Part shown: piece after piece, positions 23,701 through 36,725 of the stretch
Layout of the letters: each line of letters begins with the position of its first letter
Position numbering within the stretch: position 1 is the first letter of the stretch
Assembly: GCA_013239625.1 (NCBI GenBank)
Contig: MU055770.1
Span: 4,835,976-4,899,975, forward strand
Origin: Lama guanicoe
Taxonomy: Eukaryota
Reading direction: 5' to 3'
DNA: 64,000 bases
Notes under the pieces: model-generated
The model's input: only the letters and a program-made list of their open reading frames with translations
What the model was told of the DNA's origin: nothing
Databases searched by the model: none
Position numbers and translations under genes: made by a program

Positions 23701-26599
23701 CCTCTTTCAAATGGGAGTAATCATAGCCTATCTGCATCGTGTTAGTTTAAATTTAGAGTACGCAGTCATTTCCCCATCAGTGTCAGCCATTAGTATTTGT
23801 GCCATTTAAAGCCTTATTTTTACCACTTTAGAGAAGAGTTGGAAATGTAGTAGTGACTGTGTTTACTTACTTAACAAGAAGAGGAAGTCTCAGCTAACGC
23901 CCTGGAGAAACCACAGAGACATTGTTCAGTGTTAGCACCAGGCCGAAACTGAAGCGTGGCGCCCCACCCTCTCTGATGTTGATGTGCCAAAGGTCAGTTG
24001 GCACCAGGAGGGAGCCGAGAGGAATGTCCTCTCAATATTGCCTGGAGGATTGCTCGGAGGAGTTTTGCCTGGATTGTGTAGGGAGGTAAGTTTGAGTTTG
24101 TGACTGTTTTCTTTGCCAAGGAGGGCTCTCAAAGGTGTAATTATGGAGGGTATGTGTAGACCTTGAAACACGTGGTAAGACTTTTAGTCCCAGTAAGCCC
24201 TTTGACAGTACTGTAAATTCCCACTCGGTATTCCGAGTGGGTTCTGAACTTGGTGAAATTGGTACACGGTCCTGCCTCCTACCTCCTGACTTCTTGCTTA
24301 CGGGGGTGAGGATTTAAAGAATTTCCTTCCCTTGGGTCATAGTGTTTAAGAGAATAATTTTCTCCCTCAAATTACAGCTAAGAAGAAATCTGTTGACTAT
24401 TAACAGTTGGGAAAGCACAGATATGATATATTAAGTTTTCTTAAAAGTACTTTTGAATTAATCTGATATGCAAAATACTGTGATTGTCCTATAAATATTA
24501 CCTGCTTTGGATTATTATACAATGTTAGTTGTACTATGAAAATGTGCTTATTAACCACGTTCAGCTTTCTTAGGTTGTTACTGGCTTTGAGTCCACAGAC
24601 TGAACACTGCCAAATTTCTGTGTAAACATTTTGCTTGGGACCGAAAAAGTAGTGAATATGTGTATTTAAAGTTTTTTTTTGTGACCCATGTATATTAATG
24701 CAACTTGTAAACTGTTCAAATAGTCAATTAATAGAAGTTTTTAAAAAACAACTCTTTGAAAAAGTCCATAATTTTTCATAAAACTCTTTCATAACACACC
24801 ATCATTTTATATATATGGTATTTTAGATATAAAATTTGAACTAAATGGCAAATATGTATAATTCTTACTACAGAGAGATCTATTTTTTTGGTAGCTCTCA
24901 TTGGTTTGGTACCTTTAATTTTATTCGGGAGGAGCCTTTTTGTTACTGTTCTCTTACTAATGATTAAGTACAAGGCTAAAATGTATACCATTGAAAACCA
25001 TCAAGAGCTAATAATAGTGTATCACAATGTAGTAGATAACAAAAGTGCATAACTGATTGTATTACTGTTCTGGTGCTGGGAAGCGGAATGCATTCTTGAG
25101 CACAGGTGCCATGGTTATGTGCTGAACCTTTTGGAAATGGGTTCTTGGATATGTTGATGTTCCTGTAATGTCCCTATTATTTATTAAGACTCTGCACACC
25201 ATAAGGAGTATTATCAACTCACACAAGTTTTAACTACTCATGCAGGCATTGTAAGCACCTTTTGGTCAGCATAAAAAAGTGAGGTTCCTTGAGATGTTGA
25301 TGGCCTGATTTATTTTTACCCTTGCTGCAAAGCTTTGGTCAGCTTTTACAGGCCAAATTACAAGGCCCGTGTCAACTTCATGTTGAGTATAAATCTCACA
25401 TGTGCTCTGGGAACGGGATGAAAAATATTTTGTCTTTTGACCCACTTATTCTCACCTTAAGAAGGATATCCCTGTACTACTGTACCTGGAGTGTTTTAAA
25501 GGAGGTTTCTGTTTTCAGCTCTAGACTTGGAAACAATTTTTTCAGTTTAAGTAAATTGCATGTAAAAGGAAATGGCTTTGGAGGGGATAAGATGTTTAGA
25601 CTCATTTTCTATGTAAACAGTCCTGAAATAAATTGTGTAGAGAGGTCTCCTTTTTAGTTTATTTTTTCAGTGTAATCATGTGTCATTAATTCATCAAGGT
25701 AGGTATGAAGTTTACTGAAGGAAACTGCCTTGGAGTTTTAAGGAGACTCCAAGTCAGCTCATTATATTTTAGATTTTGAAATAATAGCTTAGCCAAATTG
25801 CATAAAAATTTTATGAAGAGGATACAATGAAGTAGATTATCATACATTCTTTTGATCATTTACCCTCTAGGGTAGTTCTAATTTAATTAAATGATTAACT
25901 GTTCTTTAAAAATTATTTTTTATTTTAGAGTTGAGGTTTGTGTATTTTTTAAGTGTTTAATTTGACATATGAACACTTAAAATGGACTTTTCAGTTATAT
26001 GAAAAATTATACTTTTAATTTTTGTCAAAATTTGTGGGATTTGTATTCGGAAACTCATATGTAGAATATATTAACTAGGTTTGGAATTTGATTAGAAGAA
26101 ACTTGTGGTAGTTTTAATTCTCAATATATTTTCTGAAATTTGAAAGCAATTTGTAAAATATTGTCTCTGTACTTGGTAATGTAAAATCTGAGCTGAAATG
26201 CGTGTGTGTTTCTTAATCTTGCTGTAGATCTCACACGAACGTTTGTTCAAGAACGTCTTGCTTTTAGGAACATTGGTGTATAGTCTCTTGAATATCGAAA
26301 AAGCATTGTGTCAGGTGTTTACATATAATTCAGAACCATCTTATTTAACTTCCCTAATTATATGATCCTAGTAGTCAGATTTAAATATCTCACAATGTTT
26401 TTATTATTACTGTCAAGTTGCATTGTGTTCTTTGTCTACCTTCATTGTTTCTGAAAAAAATACTTTCCCCTCAATAACTTTTCTTTATTCCACTTTTTTA
26501 TACAATTAGCCAGACCCAATGACACAGTTACTATCCATTAAGTAGAGCCGTGAATATCAATCATGGACACAAAGCCTGGGATTGTAGCTCGGGGGAAGT

Positions 26600-27250
26600 C
26601 CTCCTGCTGGCCTGGCTTGGCATCCAAAGACTCTGAATGAAGTCTCTTAACTTTGACTCAAAGCCTGGATCTGTGAAAGCTCTTTGGGCTCCCTTTTGCC
26701 CATTCATAACTGGTGTTTCACTCTTCTGGTTAAAAATTGTCAGTGGCTTTCCCTTTTCCCAACGTATCAAATTCAAAGTCCGGTATGTAACTTATCATTT
26801 GTAGTTGTGCATCTTAATTTATGGCCTATACGTCTTGATCTTTATGCTTTATATGTCCAATTTCCTGCCTTTTTCTTTACTCATGCCACAATTGGAAAGT
26901 CTCTCTCTCCTATCCAAAATGTACCCATCCTTAAGGTCTACTAATCGCCCCCATTGAATTACTCAAATTTCAGTGTTGGTCCCCTCTTTCAACACTGAAA
27001 GTAATCTGTTTTGTACTTTCTGCATTTTCTTTAAGGTGCTTCATGTTCTATCTTGTGTTACTATTATTTTCACATGTGTTGTAATAATTTACACCCCTTA
27101 TATAACATGGACTGACTTTAAATGATCTGCTTAGCTGTCTCTGTCTCTTAATGTGATGGAGTGAATGAATTTGGTTTCATATTGTATCCCCTATGTTTCC
27201 ATGTATTTAGCAGAAACTCATTATAAATATTTGGTGACTGAATAAATGAA
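26600..27250 (+). mobile_element. L2 LINE 3' region
   Basis: Ends in the L2 tail atatttggtgactgaataaatgaa; upstream cccatccttaaggtcta-type L2 motifs. Confidence 0.6.
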
Positions 27251-27587
27251 ATGCCCTGGCAGTGAATTATTAACTACCAAGCATTTTACTCCTCTGCTGG
27301 AATGGATGTTTGGGGAAAGGCGTCAGCTGGAGATGTGAATAACTGTTGTTTGGCTGCCTGAATCACAGCTCCCCCCAGCAGGGAAGGCTGAAGAAGCAAT
27401 CAGAGATGTAGTTAAGAAATGGTTTAGACCATATGTAGTAGCTCAAAAGTGACAAGGAAAAACAGCTTATTCTAGGTAAAGGCTTTGGGCTGATAGGAAA
27501 TTGAAGGGTAACACAGACTTTGTAAATAGTGAGTACAGTTCTGAGTCAGGGAATGTTTTTCAGGAGTTCACAGATTGGGACTAAATA

Positions 27588-28164
27588 CAGTCAATTCTGC
27601 TATCATGCTTACTTTGAAAATGAGGATTTACTCCTACATGATCAACATGAGGGAACAGTTTGAGTGTAATGTCAATTTCACATCTGTTACATGTGATTTA
27701 ATCTGAGAAACAGTAGGTGACCACAGGACATTTCACCTAGCTGAACTGAGCCACAGAGGGATAAACAAAATGCACATGCGCACACCTCAGCAGTCTTCAG
27801 CTACCTGGCTTCTCTACATATCATCAGCCACAACCATCCATATCTCGTCTGATAACTTCCCCTGCAGTTTCCAATAACCCTTCTTCCACCATTGCTCAAT
27901 AAGCCACAGCTGCAACCCTTCGACACCCAATTCCACAAGCAAACTTCAGGTCCTCTGCCAGGTAGGGTGCCGTATTTATTGTAGTTTTAATTTATTTTTA
28001 ACCATTTAACATGATAAACGGTGCTCGGATCTTTATTAGGTTCTTTTCTTGTTTATGTGTCACTGATGGCCCTTTTCCCATAAGTTCTGTGGTTTTCCTG
28101 ATGTGATTTCGCACAACATCATGATTCTGGGAATTCATATGCCTCGTTACAGCAGAACTGACTG
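27588..28164. mobile_element. Tigger (Tc1/mariner) MITE, Tigger13a-like, with both TIRs and TA target duplication
   Basis: TA|CAGTCAATTCTGCTAT at 27586 and TACAGCAGAACTGACTG|TA ending at 28166 are inverted repeats; internal ccacaagcaaacttcaggtc motif. Confidence 0.85.
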
Positions 28165-28454
28165 TACTAGCTGATAATGTGGAGTATGTACTGACGGTTC
28201 TCTCTCTGTCTTTCCTTCATTTCTGCCCTCCCTCTCCCCTCTCTTTTAAGAGTGAAAGACAGTAAGTAATCCCTGTAAGAGGAACACAGTGCAACAGAGA
28301 AAAATGCCAGAGAACTTGTTTAACCAGTGTTGTACAAGAAGGGCATAAATTTCCCTGTGGAAATAGACATGCTCAAAGCACAGAGAGACTGAGAAGTTAA
28401 CGTGAAAGGCCAGTGAGCCCCTGGCTTACCCTCAAATAATTATTACGTTTAACG

Positions 28455-28660
28455 TTTTTGTAAGCCTTTACTACGTGCCTGGCACTATGATACGCGCTTG
28501 ACGTGGACCATGCCACAGAATCCTCACAAAACAGAATTGATGTTATCACTGTCTTTATTTTACAGGTGAGGAAAATGAGGCTTAAAGGGGTTAATTACTT
28601 GCCCCAGGTCAATAACTCATAAAAGTTCCTGAATCACATCTGACTTTTGACCCGGAGATC
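28455..28660 (-). mobile_element. MIR SINE
   Basis: tactacgtgcctggcact...attttacaggtgaggaaaatgaggcttaaaggggttaattacttgccccaggtca. Confidence 0.85.
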
Positions 28661-29432
28661 TCAGTGGTCTTTAGGAGTACTTCGTAGATTATAAATAAAT
28701 AACTTCCACATGTGTTATTTCCTTTGCTCTTAACTGCATGTGGCTGGCGTCACAGGCTGTTCTGACCCCTATCACAGATGAAGAAACAAAGGTACTCAGG
28801 CCAAGAAACGCGAATATGGTCAGAGGCAGAACAATAACATAAATTAATTCGGACCCCGACTTCAGAGCATTTTTCCCATTGGGATTATAGGTGAAAAGGG
28901 AGAAACATTGGACCATTAGGGATCAGGTGAGCTGAGCTGAGGAAGAGAAGAAGAAATGATAGTTTTGGAAGTTGGAAGGAAACAGGTGACTTTGTAACAA
29001 TACATAGAATTGAAAGGAGAGAAGCCAGTGGAGAATGGGCCATCAGGGCCTTTAAGTCCACGGTGCAAGATGCCTAATCAGGTTCCCATCAAGGAACTCA
29101 AGCTAGCACCAACTTCAGCACAGGATCATGGGAGGAGAAGTCCGAGGGCACAAGCATAGATTGGTTACATTCTAAATCCGGATTAACAGTAGGCTCAAGA
29201 AAAAACAGAGGAAAGAGAGAGGTTACACTAGAGAAAACCTTCAAAAGGCTTTATTGGTACTTTTTTTCTTTAGGTAGTCAGTTACCTTACATGACCTTAC
29301 ATATAAACAAGTGTTTGCTTGAAGTGAAGTTTTGACAAATAGAGTAATTTTTCAATTGAGTGTTAAGAGCCTAATATTATACAGGTAATAGGATAAAGAA
29401 AGTTGGAATTGATGAGTATCTGTGAACTTAAA

Positions 29433-29612
29433 ACAGTGGGTAACAAAACTGTGGCCAGTGGCATGTTTTCTCACTACAAACCAAGAGTGGTTTTTACATT
29501 TCTGGTAGGTTATTAAAAATGAAAACAAAAATGAAGAAGATTGAGGAAATAATATGTGGCCTACACTCCCCAAATATTTACAGCCTGACTCTACAGAAGT
29601 TTTGTCAACTAG
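29433..29612. mobile_element. MER58-like hAT-Charlie MITE
   Basis: cagtgggtaacaaaactgtggcc...aagagtggtttttacattt...tatgtggcc...aaatatttac...tacagaagttttgtcaac. Confidence 0.65.
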
Positions 29613-30389
29613 TCCATGAAGCAGAAAAGGTTTTCTTGGTTTATTTTAGGAAATCAGATCAGATAATGAAAACTGGTGTTATAGTTCACAGAGGGCTATG
29701 TTTTCAAGTGTGTACCTTTCCCCCCACCACAGGGCGGAAGGAACTGATGTTTATTTAAAATGATGTTTTGCTAGGGACTTTGCATACTCGGTATTTACTC
29801 CTCATACCTTTGAAAGATTTTATAGCTACTTTAGAACTGAGGAAGCGAGGCTCCCAGAGGCTAAGTAAGCCTCACTTTTATTAAGTAGCGGGATTCATAT
29901 TTGTCTGGCTTTCACCAGATAAGAATATAGTAGAGAAAATTTGTAAAAATGGAGTGTAGTCTATTCAAAATTCTGGCTTGAAAATATCTAGACGTCAGAT
30001 ATGGACATTTGTAATAATTTTAGCTAATATCTAAAATATTTAGCTAGTGTCTAAAGAAAACCTACAAGTCGTACACACATAAAATAAAATTTATTGAGAA
30101 TTGTGTAATTTTGTTACACAAATTGCATATGAAGGAAGATTTTTGGATAAATTTTATAGTTACATAGAAAATGTAAAGAACAGAAAATTCAAGTCTCATA
30201 TTAAAAACATGAAAGATGAGACTTAAGATATTTTCAATATAAAGTACAAAATAGGAAAGTGTGTTCTGCTTCAATAGAAAGTACACTAGGTAGCAGTTTA
30301 TTTTGGAAAAACAGATTTTTAAACAAATATTGGCCCATATGTCTAATTGTAAAGTTTTATGAAGATTTCAGGGTGCAATGAAAACATGT

Positions 30390-30710
30390 GATGAAGATCT
30401 AATATAGATTGGGGGTGGTGGGGTGGTGGGCAGAGGAATACTTTCCAAGAGGGGTCATTTAAGCTGAGATGCAGGAGTTAGGCAGGCAAAGACAAAGAGG
30501 CTAATTATTCCAGACAGCGTGATGGGCCGTGAGGATGGAAGGAGCTTGGCACATTCAAGGGACTGTCAAAGAAGGCCATTGTATCTCCTAACAACTCTGA
30601 AAACAGGAGTCATATCTGTTTGTTCATCGCTGTTACCCGGCCTCAGACATACCTGCTGGCACACAGTGAGCTGTCAGCAAGACTTCCTGAATGGACAGGG
30701 AATGAATAGA
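30390..30710. mobile_element. L2 fragments (minus ~30390-30560, plus 3' tail ~30590-30710)
   Basis: gggtcatttaagctgagatg...ggaaggagcttggcacattcaagggact, then catatctgtttgttcatcgctgttacccgg...ctggcacacagtgagc. Confidence 0.6.
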
Positions 30711-31903
30711 TGTTTCGCTGGGAAATTCATGGTGTAGTCGAGAGTGCGGGGATTGCCCAGATGAAGGCCACTGTCCTCCTCTGTGACGCTCACCTAGTTA
30801 CACTGAACTCCTCAGACTGCTGGTAATCCCAGGTTACTCTGGGCCACGGGCAGCCCCGCTTTCTCAAACCTTCTTAACTGCTGTCAGAGCACCTGAATGG
30901 ACCATGAACTGGAGAAGGTCCACACAGAAAAGGCAGGAGAAAGGAATGCAGACTGTCCCTGCTGGGTCTGATCCTGTGGAGGAAAAGAGAATTGCCGTTA
31001 TTACAAAGCTAGGACTAACTCTGAGATAGCCAGATGAATCTGGCTACTTTTCTAAAAATAACCAGCCGAGGGGGAGGGTGTTCTGTACAAGAACACATGA
31101 TCCCAAGTTCTCTGAGTGATCACTGGGTGAGCAAGTAGCACATGATAATCAGGCCTAGAGGTTTGATTAAGAAGTTAAATACTTAAATACTTCCTATTTT
31201 TGGAGTTGATATCTTTAAAATCAAGTTTGAGCTTCTAAGTTGAGATAATTTCACTTACAGGTTGGGTGCATTGAGGAATTTATGAAGTAGAAAGAGAAGG
31301 GGAGAGGGCTGCGTATTTCCCAAGTGGATAAAATACAGTTGGGGTAGACATGGAAGGATTGTTTTACCAGATATTTACCATAAAATGGGGGTGAAATGGG
31401 GGTTTACAACAATTAAGGAAAGAGGATCATTTTAGTTGGGAAGGAGAATGAGAACTGGAGATGGAAGGAGAGAAAACATTTTGGGGTCATTCTGAACTGT
31501 TAGTTTTTGAGTTAAACAGAAAAGCCCTAAGTGGTTAAAAAAAAAAGTTCATGTACAGCTGATCATATAAGAATTTAGTAATGAACTTGTGTGTGCTTTC
31601 CTTACGCTTATACTTTGATGAACTTGAGTTGATGGTATCAGATTGTTTGGATTTAATGTGACGTTTGAGGAATTTCTTACTGGATGTCAAAAGTCTAATT
31701 TCCTTACCATGGGAGAAATGTTGGCTAGCAGATGAAGTGAAAACTTGCTAAGAGTTGTTAAGTTTTGTTTCGATCGGTGAGGAAAAAAGACATTTCCTGT
31801 CCCCTGAAGATAGTATAAGTTTTTCAAAGGTGTGTTGGGAGTGGGATTGGTGGTACTGACAAGTGGAAAACACCTGATGGGCTTGCAGACACTCAGTGGT
31901 TTA

Positions 31904-32309
31904 NNNNNNNNNNNNNNNNNNNNNNNNNNNNNNNNNNNNNNNNNNNNNNNNNNNNNNNNNNNNNNNNNNNNNNNNNNNNNNNNNNNNNNNNNNNNNNNNN
32001 NNNNNNNNNNNNNNNNNNNNNNNNNNNNNNNNNNNNNNNNNNNNNNNNNNNNNNNNNNNNNNNNNNGAAACTCTGTACTTAGATGATAACTGCTCCTCAC
32101 CCCTCTCCACTGCCAGCCCCTGACACCCACTGCTCTTCTCTCTATCTCCNNNNNNNNNNNNNNNNNNNNNNNNNNNNNNNNNNNNNNNNNNNNNNNNNNN
32201 NNNNNNNNNNNNNNNNNNNNNNNNNNNNNNNNNNNNNNNNNNNNNNNNNNNNNNNNNNNNNNNNNNNNNNNNNNNNNNNNNNNNNNNNNNNNNNNNNNNN
32301 NNNNNNNNN
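31904..32309. other. Two N-runs (31904-32066, 32150-32309)
   Basis: Direct reading: 163 and 160 N. Confidence 0.98.
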
Positions 32310-32540
32310 GTATGTGCAGACCATATTTTGCTTACTCATTCATCCATTCATGGGCACTTGAGTTGCTTCCCATCTTTTGGCTCTTGTAAATAATGCTCCT
32401 AAGAATGTGGGTGTACAAGTATCAGTTCGAGTTCCTGCTTTCAGTTCTTCTGGGTATACACCCAAAAGTGGAATTGCTGGAGCATATGGTGATTCTATGT
32501 TCAATTTTTTGAGGAACCGCCATACTGTTTTCCAAGCAGT
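32067..32540 (-). mobile_element. L1 (L1MA/MB-like) ORF2 C-terminus and 3'UTR
   Basis: ORF 32340..32579 (-) WKTVWRFLKKLNIESPYAPAIPLLGVYPEELK is the L1 ORF2 C-terminal motif. Confidence 0.92.
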
Positions 32541-32959
32541 CCCACCATTAAAGGAATGTTTTGTATGAAAAACGAACAAAAAACAATCTTTAATTCTCTT
32601 ACGTCTCTGGATTTTTAAAATGAACTTTTCTAAAGTAGGATGAATATTGCTTTACTGGATTTCTTATGTAACTAACAACTCGAGAAAAGGCGGGCTGTGT
32701 CTTTAATAGGTTATCAATAGGCACATTTTAAATTAGTTGAACTATCTTGCTGCTTCTCCTTGGGGAATTCGGAAGTTTGAAGAAGTTATGGGAATGACAT
32801 AGGTGAGACATAGTGCTTCCAAAAAATATTTAGAGCAGAATACAATTAGGAAGATTCCCAAAGGAATGAAACAGGTAAAATTATCTCAAAATTAGTTAAC
32901 TTTGCTTCTTAATCTGCCTTCAAGAATGGCCCTAAGGTTATGTCATTAAAGTTAGCAAC

Positions 32960-33480
32960 ATGACTGTTACTCCCTCCATTGGTTTACTGTTTCCATAAAG
33001 ATTAAGTCCAAATTCCTTTCCATGCACTACAAGGCCCCTCACAATCTGGTGTCCAGCTTTTCTCTGCCACATCATCTTTTTATAGACCTTGTCTTGCAGC
33101 CACACAGAATATCTCACTCTTCCCTGAATCTCACGTTCTTCCAGGTACCGTGCTTTGTCTGGAATGTCCTCTCCTCCTGTCCATGTACTGATTGACACAC
33201 TCCCCTGTGTCTTTCAACACCTGGTTCTGCTGCCCCTCCCAGATGACACCTACTGACAGCTTCCCTGGGTAGATGGTATCATAGTACATTGTTCGTACCG
33301 TGACAATGTCATTGACAAGTTGCATTGTCATCATCTCTTTGCATATCTGTCTCACTAAATTAGGTGCTCCTGAAGGGGGAAAAAAAAAGACAAAAAAGGT
33401 GTTTATTACATGTCCTGATGACAAACACACCCCCTGGTAGGTGTGGACAAGCAATACCGAGTGAATTTCTTGCATGGTTT
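32960..33480 (+). mobile_element. L2 LINE 3' region
   Basis: taaagattaagtccaaattcctttccatgcactacaaggcccctcacaatctgg...ctggaatgtcctctcc. Confidence 0.75.
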
Positions 33481-34789
33481 TGCTCACTGTATGGGATGTC
33501 TCGTCTCTAATAAATAATCATTCCACGTATAAGATGGAATTCCTTTCATAATTTCAGCAGTTATCAATAACTGAATATATCTTTTTGAAGGCAAAAGTAT
33601 CAAGCTGGCAAAATTTTTCTCCAGTGGCTTGCTACTGCTCCACTTCTGTGTGAATTTCTTAACATTTCTGAGCACACTGGCTTCCTAGGTAATGTTCTCA
33701 CATTACCCTAGATTCCTCCTATCTTAGGAGAAAGCATCTGATAAGTTACACTTAAGTGTTAATGATATAATGTATTACTACTCCTAGAAGTGTCTGTCAT
33801 TTCAGCGTGGTTCCTAAGGGTGAAAATGCTTCATTCAAAAGAATACATCTCCAGTGGTAAGAATTTCATTCACTATGTCCCTTGGGTAAATGAATGGTAT
33901 AATTTAAAGAAGCAGGAAGACTCTGTCTTGGCCCTAAAATCACACTAGGCAGGCAGGCTTCCAAGAACACCTCTGGATCCTCAGCACCTCCAGAGTGGTA
34001 TTAACGCTGGAAGGAGATTTCCTGAGGCTGCTGCTTTAAGGACTTCACCCTTCTGCGGTGAATTTCCCCTTCTTATGTTGCTCCTTAGTAATCTGAAAGT
34101 CAGAGTGCTGTGACTTGTTTCCAAGTGCTCATTTCTGCCTCCTTAGCTAAGTAGGAATTTCTTTTCCAAATGTTTAGAACTAGAAATATGTGATCATTTA
34201 ATATTTAAGCTGGTTTCTATGAATCAGTTATAGATATGAGCGGACGCTTATTAGCTGATGTGGCGTATTAAAGGGTGATCTTTCCACTGAAAGCAAAATA
34301 CTGCAAGAGTCAGATATTTGAACCCTTTCCAGTCTAGATTACTCAAGAGGAAACAAACAGCAAGATTCAGTTTAATTGCTTGTTATTTTGCAGAAGGAAA
34401 TGGTATGTGTATTTTTCTCCCCTAAGGACTGTGTCCGGGGCAGTGTCATTTTGGTGTTCTTGCCATTCTGTGAGATGTGCCCAGTGTTTTAGAACTAAAA
34501 AACAAGTGCGACTGACATAAATGTATCTGGACAGCAGAATGTTTCAAAGCTTATCTAAGTAATTGTTCTTCTAGATTAAAGATTTTGTATTATTTGCACC
34601 CAAATCCTGTTGATACAACGGTCACATAGATGGGCGTACATAAATTTCGGTGTGGATTATGTAAACGTGAAGTGTTTATACATATGTGTAGGTGTGTCCT
34701 TATATGCGTGTGTTGTGTGTCTGTGTGTACTTACGTGTTTTAAGTTTTAGCAAACATTCCAACAGGCAGGGGCATCTCACACGCACACA

Positions 34790-35030
34790 TACAGCACAGA
34801 AACTGGGAGTTTGGGCTCTTATATTGGACTGCCTGGATTTGAGGCTTTGCTGTGTATTCATGTGTGATATTGCGCTAAGTACTTTATTGTTCTGTGCTCA
34901 GTTTCCTCATCTGTAGAATAGAAATAATAAGAGCACCTACCTCTTAGAGGTGTGTGGCTACCAAATAAGTTAATGCATGCCAAGAATTTATAACAATATT
35001 TGGCACATATATACATTGAATAGTGTCACT
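34790..35030 (+). mobile_element. MIR SINE
   Basis: ctcagtttcctcatctgtagaatagaaataataagagcacctacctc (MIR core). Confidence 0.85.
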
Positions 35031-35424
35031 TACTGTTTTTGTAAATCATTATTAAATATTGGCCACACAGGCATTTCAGAGAAGAGAAAATAATTACTTT
35101 GAAAAAAAAATGATTGTTTTGAAGCCAAAGACATTAGTTAATTTTGTGGATTAAAATCGTGAAGTTGTTTCTTCATCATTAAGAGCTTATGGTATAAAGC
35201 GGGATGTGTGCAGGGAGTCCGTGGTTTATTCATTATAAGATACCTTGGATTATCCATTTTGGACTGTATTTAAAATCTTCTCTTTCATGACCAGATAATA
35301 TATGTTTATGGAATGGTCTCCACTTTGAAACCTGGTTGGCTTTGGAAAATATATGTCTTTTGTCTGTTTTGTGTTAGACTTCAATTTTGTCTAATCAGTG
35401 TTTGAAAGAAATGGCCCTTGTGTA

Positions 35425-35532
35425 TACTTCCTTCCAAGAAAAACACTGGGTGTTTCAGGAAGTGGTCTTGGTGAGTCAGAGGATAATACTTTTTCCTCTG
35501 AGTCAGTTCTCAACCTCCTTGATATAAATAGG
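35425..35532. promoter_or_regulatory. Candidate ETS/AP-1 enhancer or internal promoter
   Basis: TACTTCCT at 35425, CAGGAAGTG at 35456, TGAGTCA at 35472 and 35499, TATAAATA at 35523, in apparently non-repeat DNA. Motif evidence only. Confidence 0.4.
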
Positions 35533-36504
35533 CCCCCTTTTACCAACACTTCTGCTTTTCAGATCAGATGTTAAAAATCATCATTCATATGTGACCACAC
35601 CAACAGCAGTACTTTCATTGGTGTTTCCACTCAGTTAGCACTGAGGGTCTTATCTAATCATGACTGCAGAAATTCTGCTAAATAAATTATTTTAAAAAAA
35701 TTTTAGCTCAATTCTGTATGAAATTAGTTCCTATTTTGCATTAGTGTTTCTTCAGACGGGAATTTGTGTCAGGTGGTCATTTGTGTCAATCTTAGAGGAA
35801 ATTTTTATTGGTAGTCGTAATCTACTTTGGTTACTAAAATTCAGTGCGTTTTCTTTTAGCACACATATATAAACTCTCCATAGCACAAGTTTGGTCCTGG
35901 AATTATTTTGCCAAAGACCATACTATTTGCTACACCCCAGAGCAGTGTCAGACTGACCAAGGAACAAACCAGTGAGGTTCTTCATAGCTGCACTACAAAA
36001 ATATTAAACATGATAAATAATTATCAAATGACTTGATGTTGTTAATGTTGAGTTGGTCAGGGAAGACTTTAAGAAAGGAGTAGGAACTAAGGGATTGAAC
36101 TAGATGGTTGGTATAAAGTAATGGAGGGGTATTTGGGGTAAGAGCAGAGGCCCACAGGTGAGCCAGAGCAAGAAATATTCGAGAGAGAGTGTGGTGCTAG
36201 CGACAGTTTATGGATGGAGTGCTGGTGAGAATGTGGAAGCCCAGAGAACCACTGCGTGCACAACTGTTGTGTATCTTGAATGGTCGACTAAGGAATTTTC
36301 TTTTTGTGTGTGTGAGAGTGTAATCAGTAACATTCTTTATTTTGATTATCATCTGTTTCTCTTGTGTTGTATTTGCTTGACTGCACCAGGATTTTACTTC
36401 AGTCAATTTCATTTTTAGAGCCAGTGTTTAAAGAATAGGTCTCCATTTCTCTTTTTTCCAAAAGTCAGTTCTTCAAGAGAAAAAATGAGCTGGCTGATGG
36501 ATGT

Positions 36505-36542
36505 AGATACAGATACAGATACAGATACAGATACAGATACAG
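36505..36542. repeat. (AGATAC)6 hexanucleotide microsatellite
   Basis: Six perfect copies at 36505-36540. Confidence 0.95.
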
Positions 36543-36574
36543 GTATTGATCTCAGGGAACCTGTTGCTTTCACA

Positions 36575-36725
36575 TAGAATCCTTATAACAATCTCATTCT
36601 CATTTTACAGATGAGTAAACAGAGCCTCGGAAAGGATCATGACTTGTCCCAGGTCACAGAGGGATGGTGGACTCAGGATTTACATGCAGGGCTGCCTACC
36701 TTCAGAATTTGTTCTTTTTACTATC
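36575..36725 (-). mobile_element. MIR SINE
   Basis: ctcattttacagatgagtaaacagagcctcggaaaggatcatgacttgtcccaggtcacaga. Confidence 0.8.

Noticed and set aside
31027-31046. Hairpin TAGCCAGAT-GA-ATCTGGCTA
   Set aside because: A 9-bp stem is expected by chance in 64 kb, and there is no supporting context.
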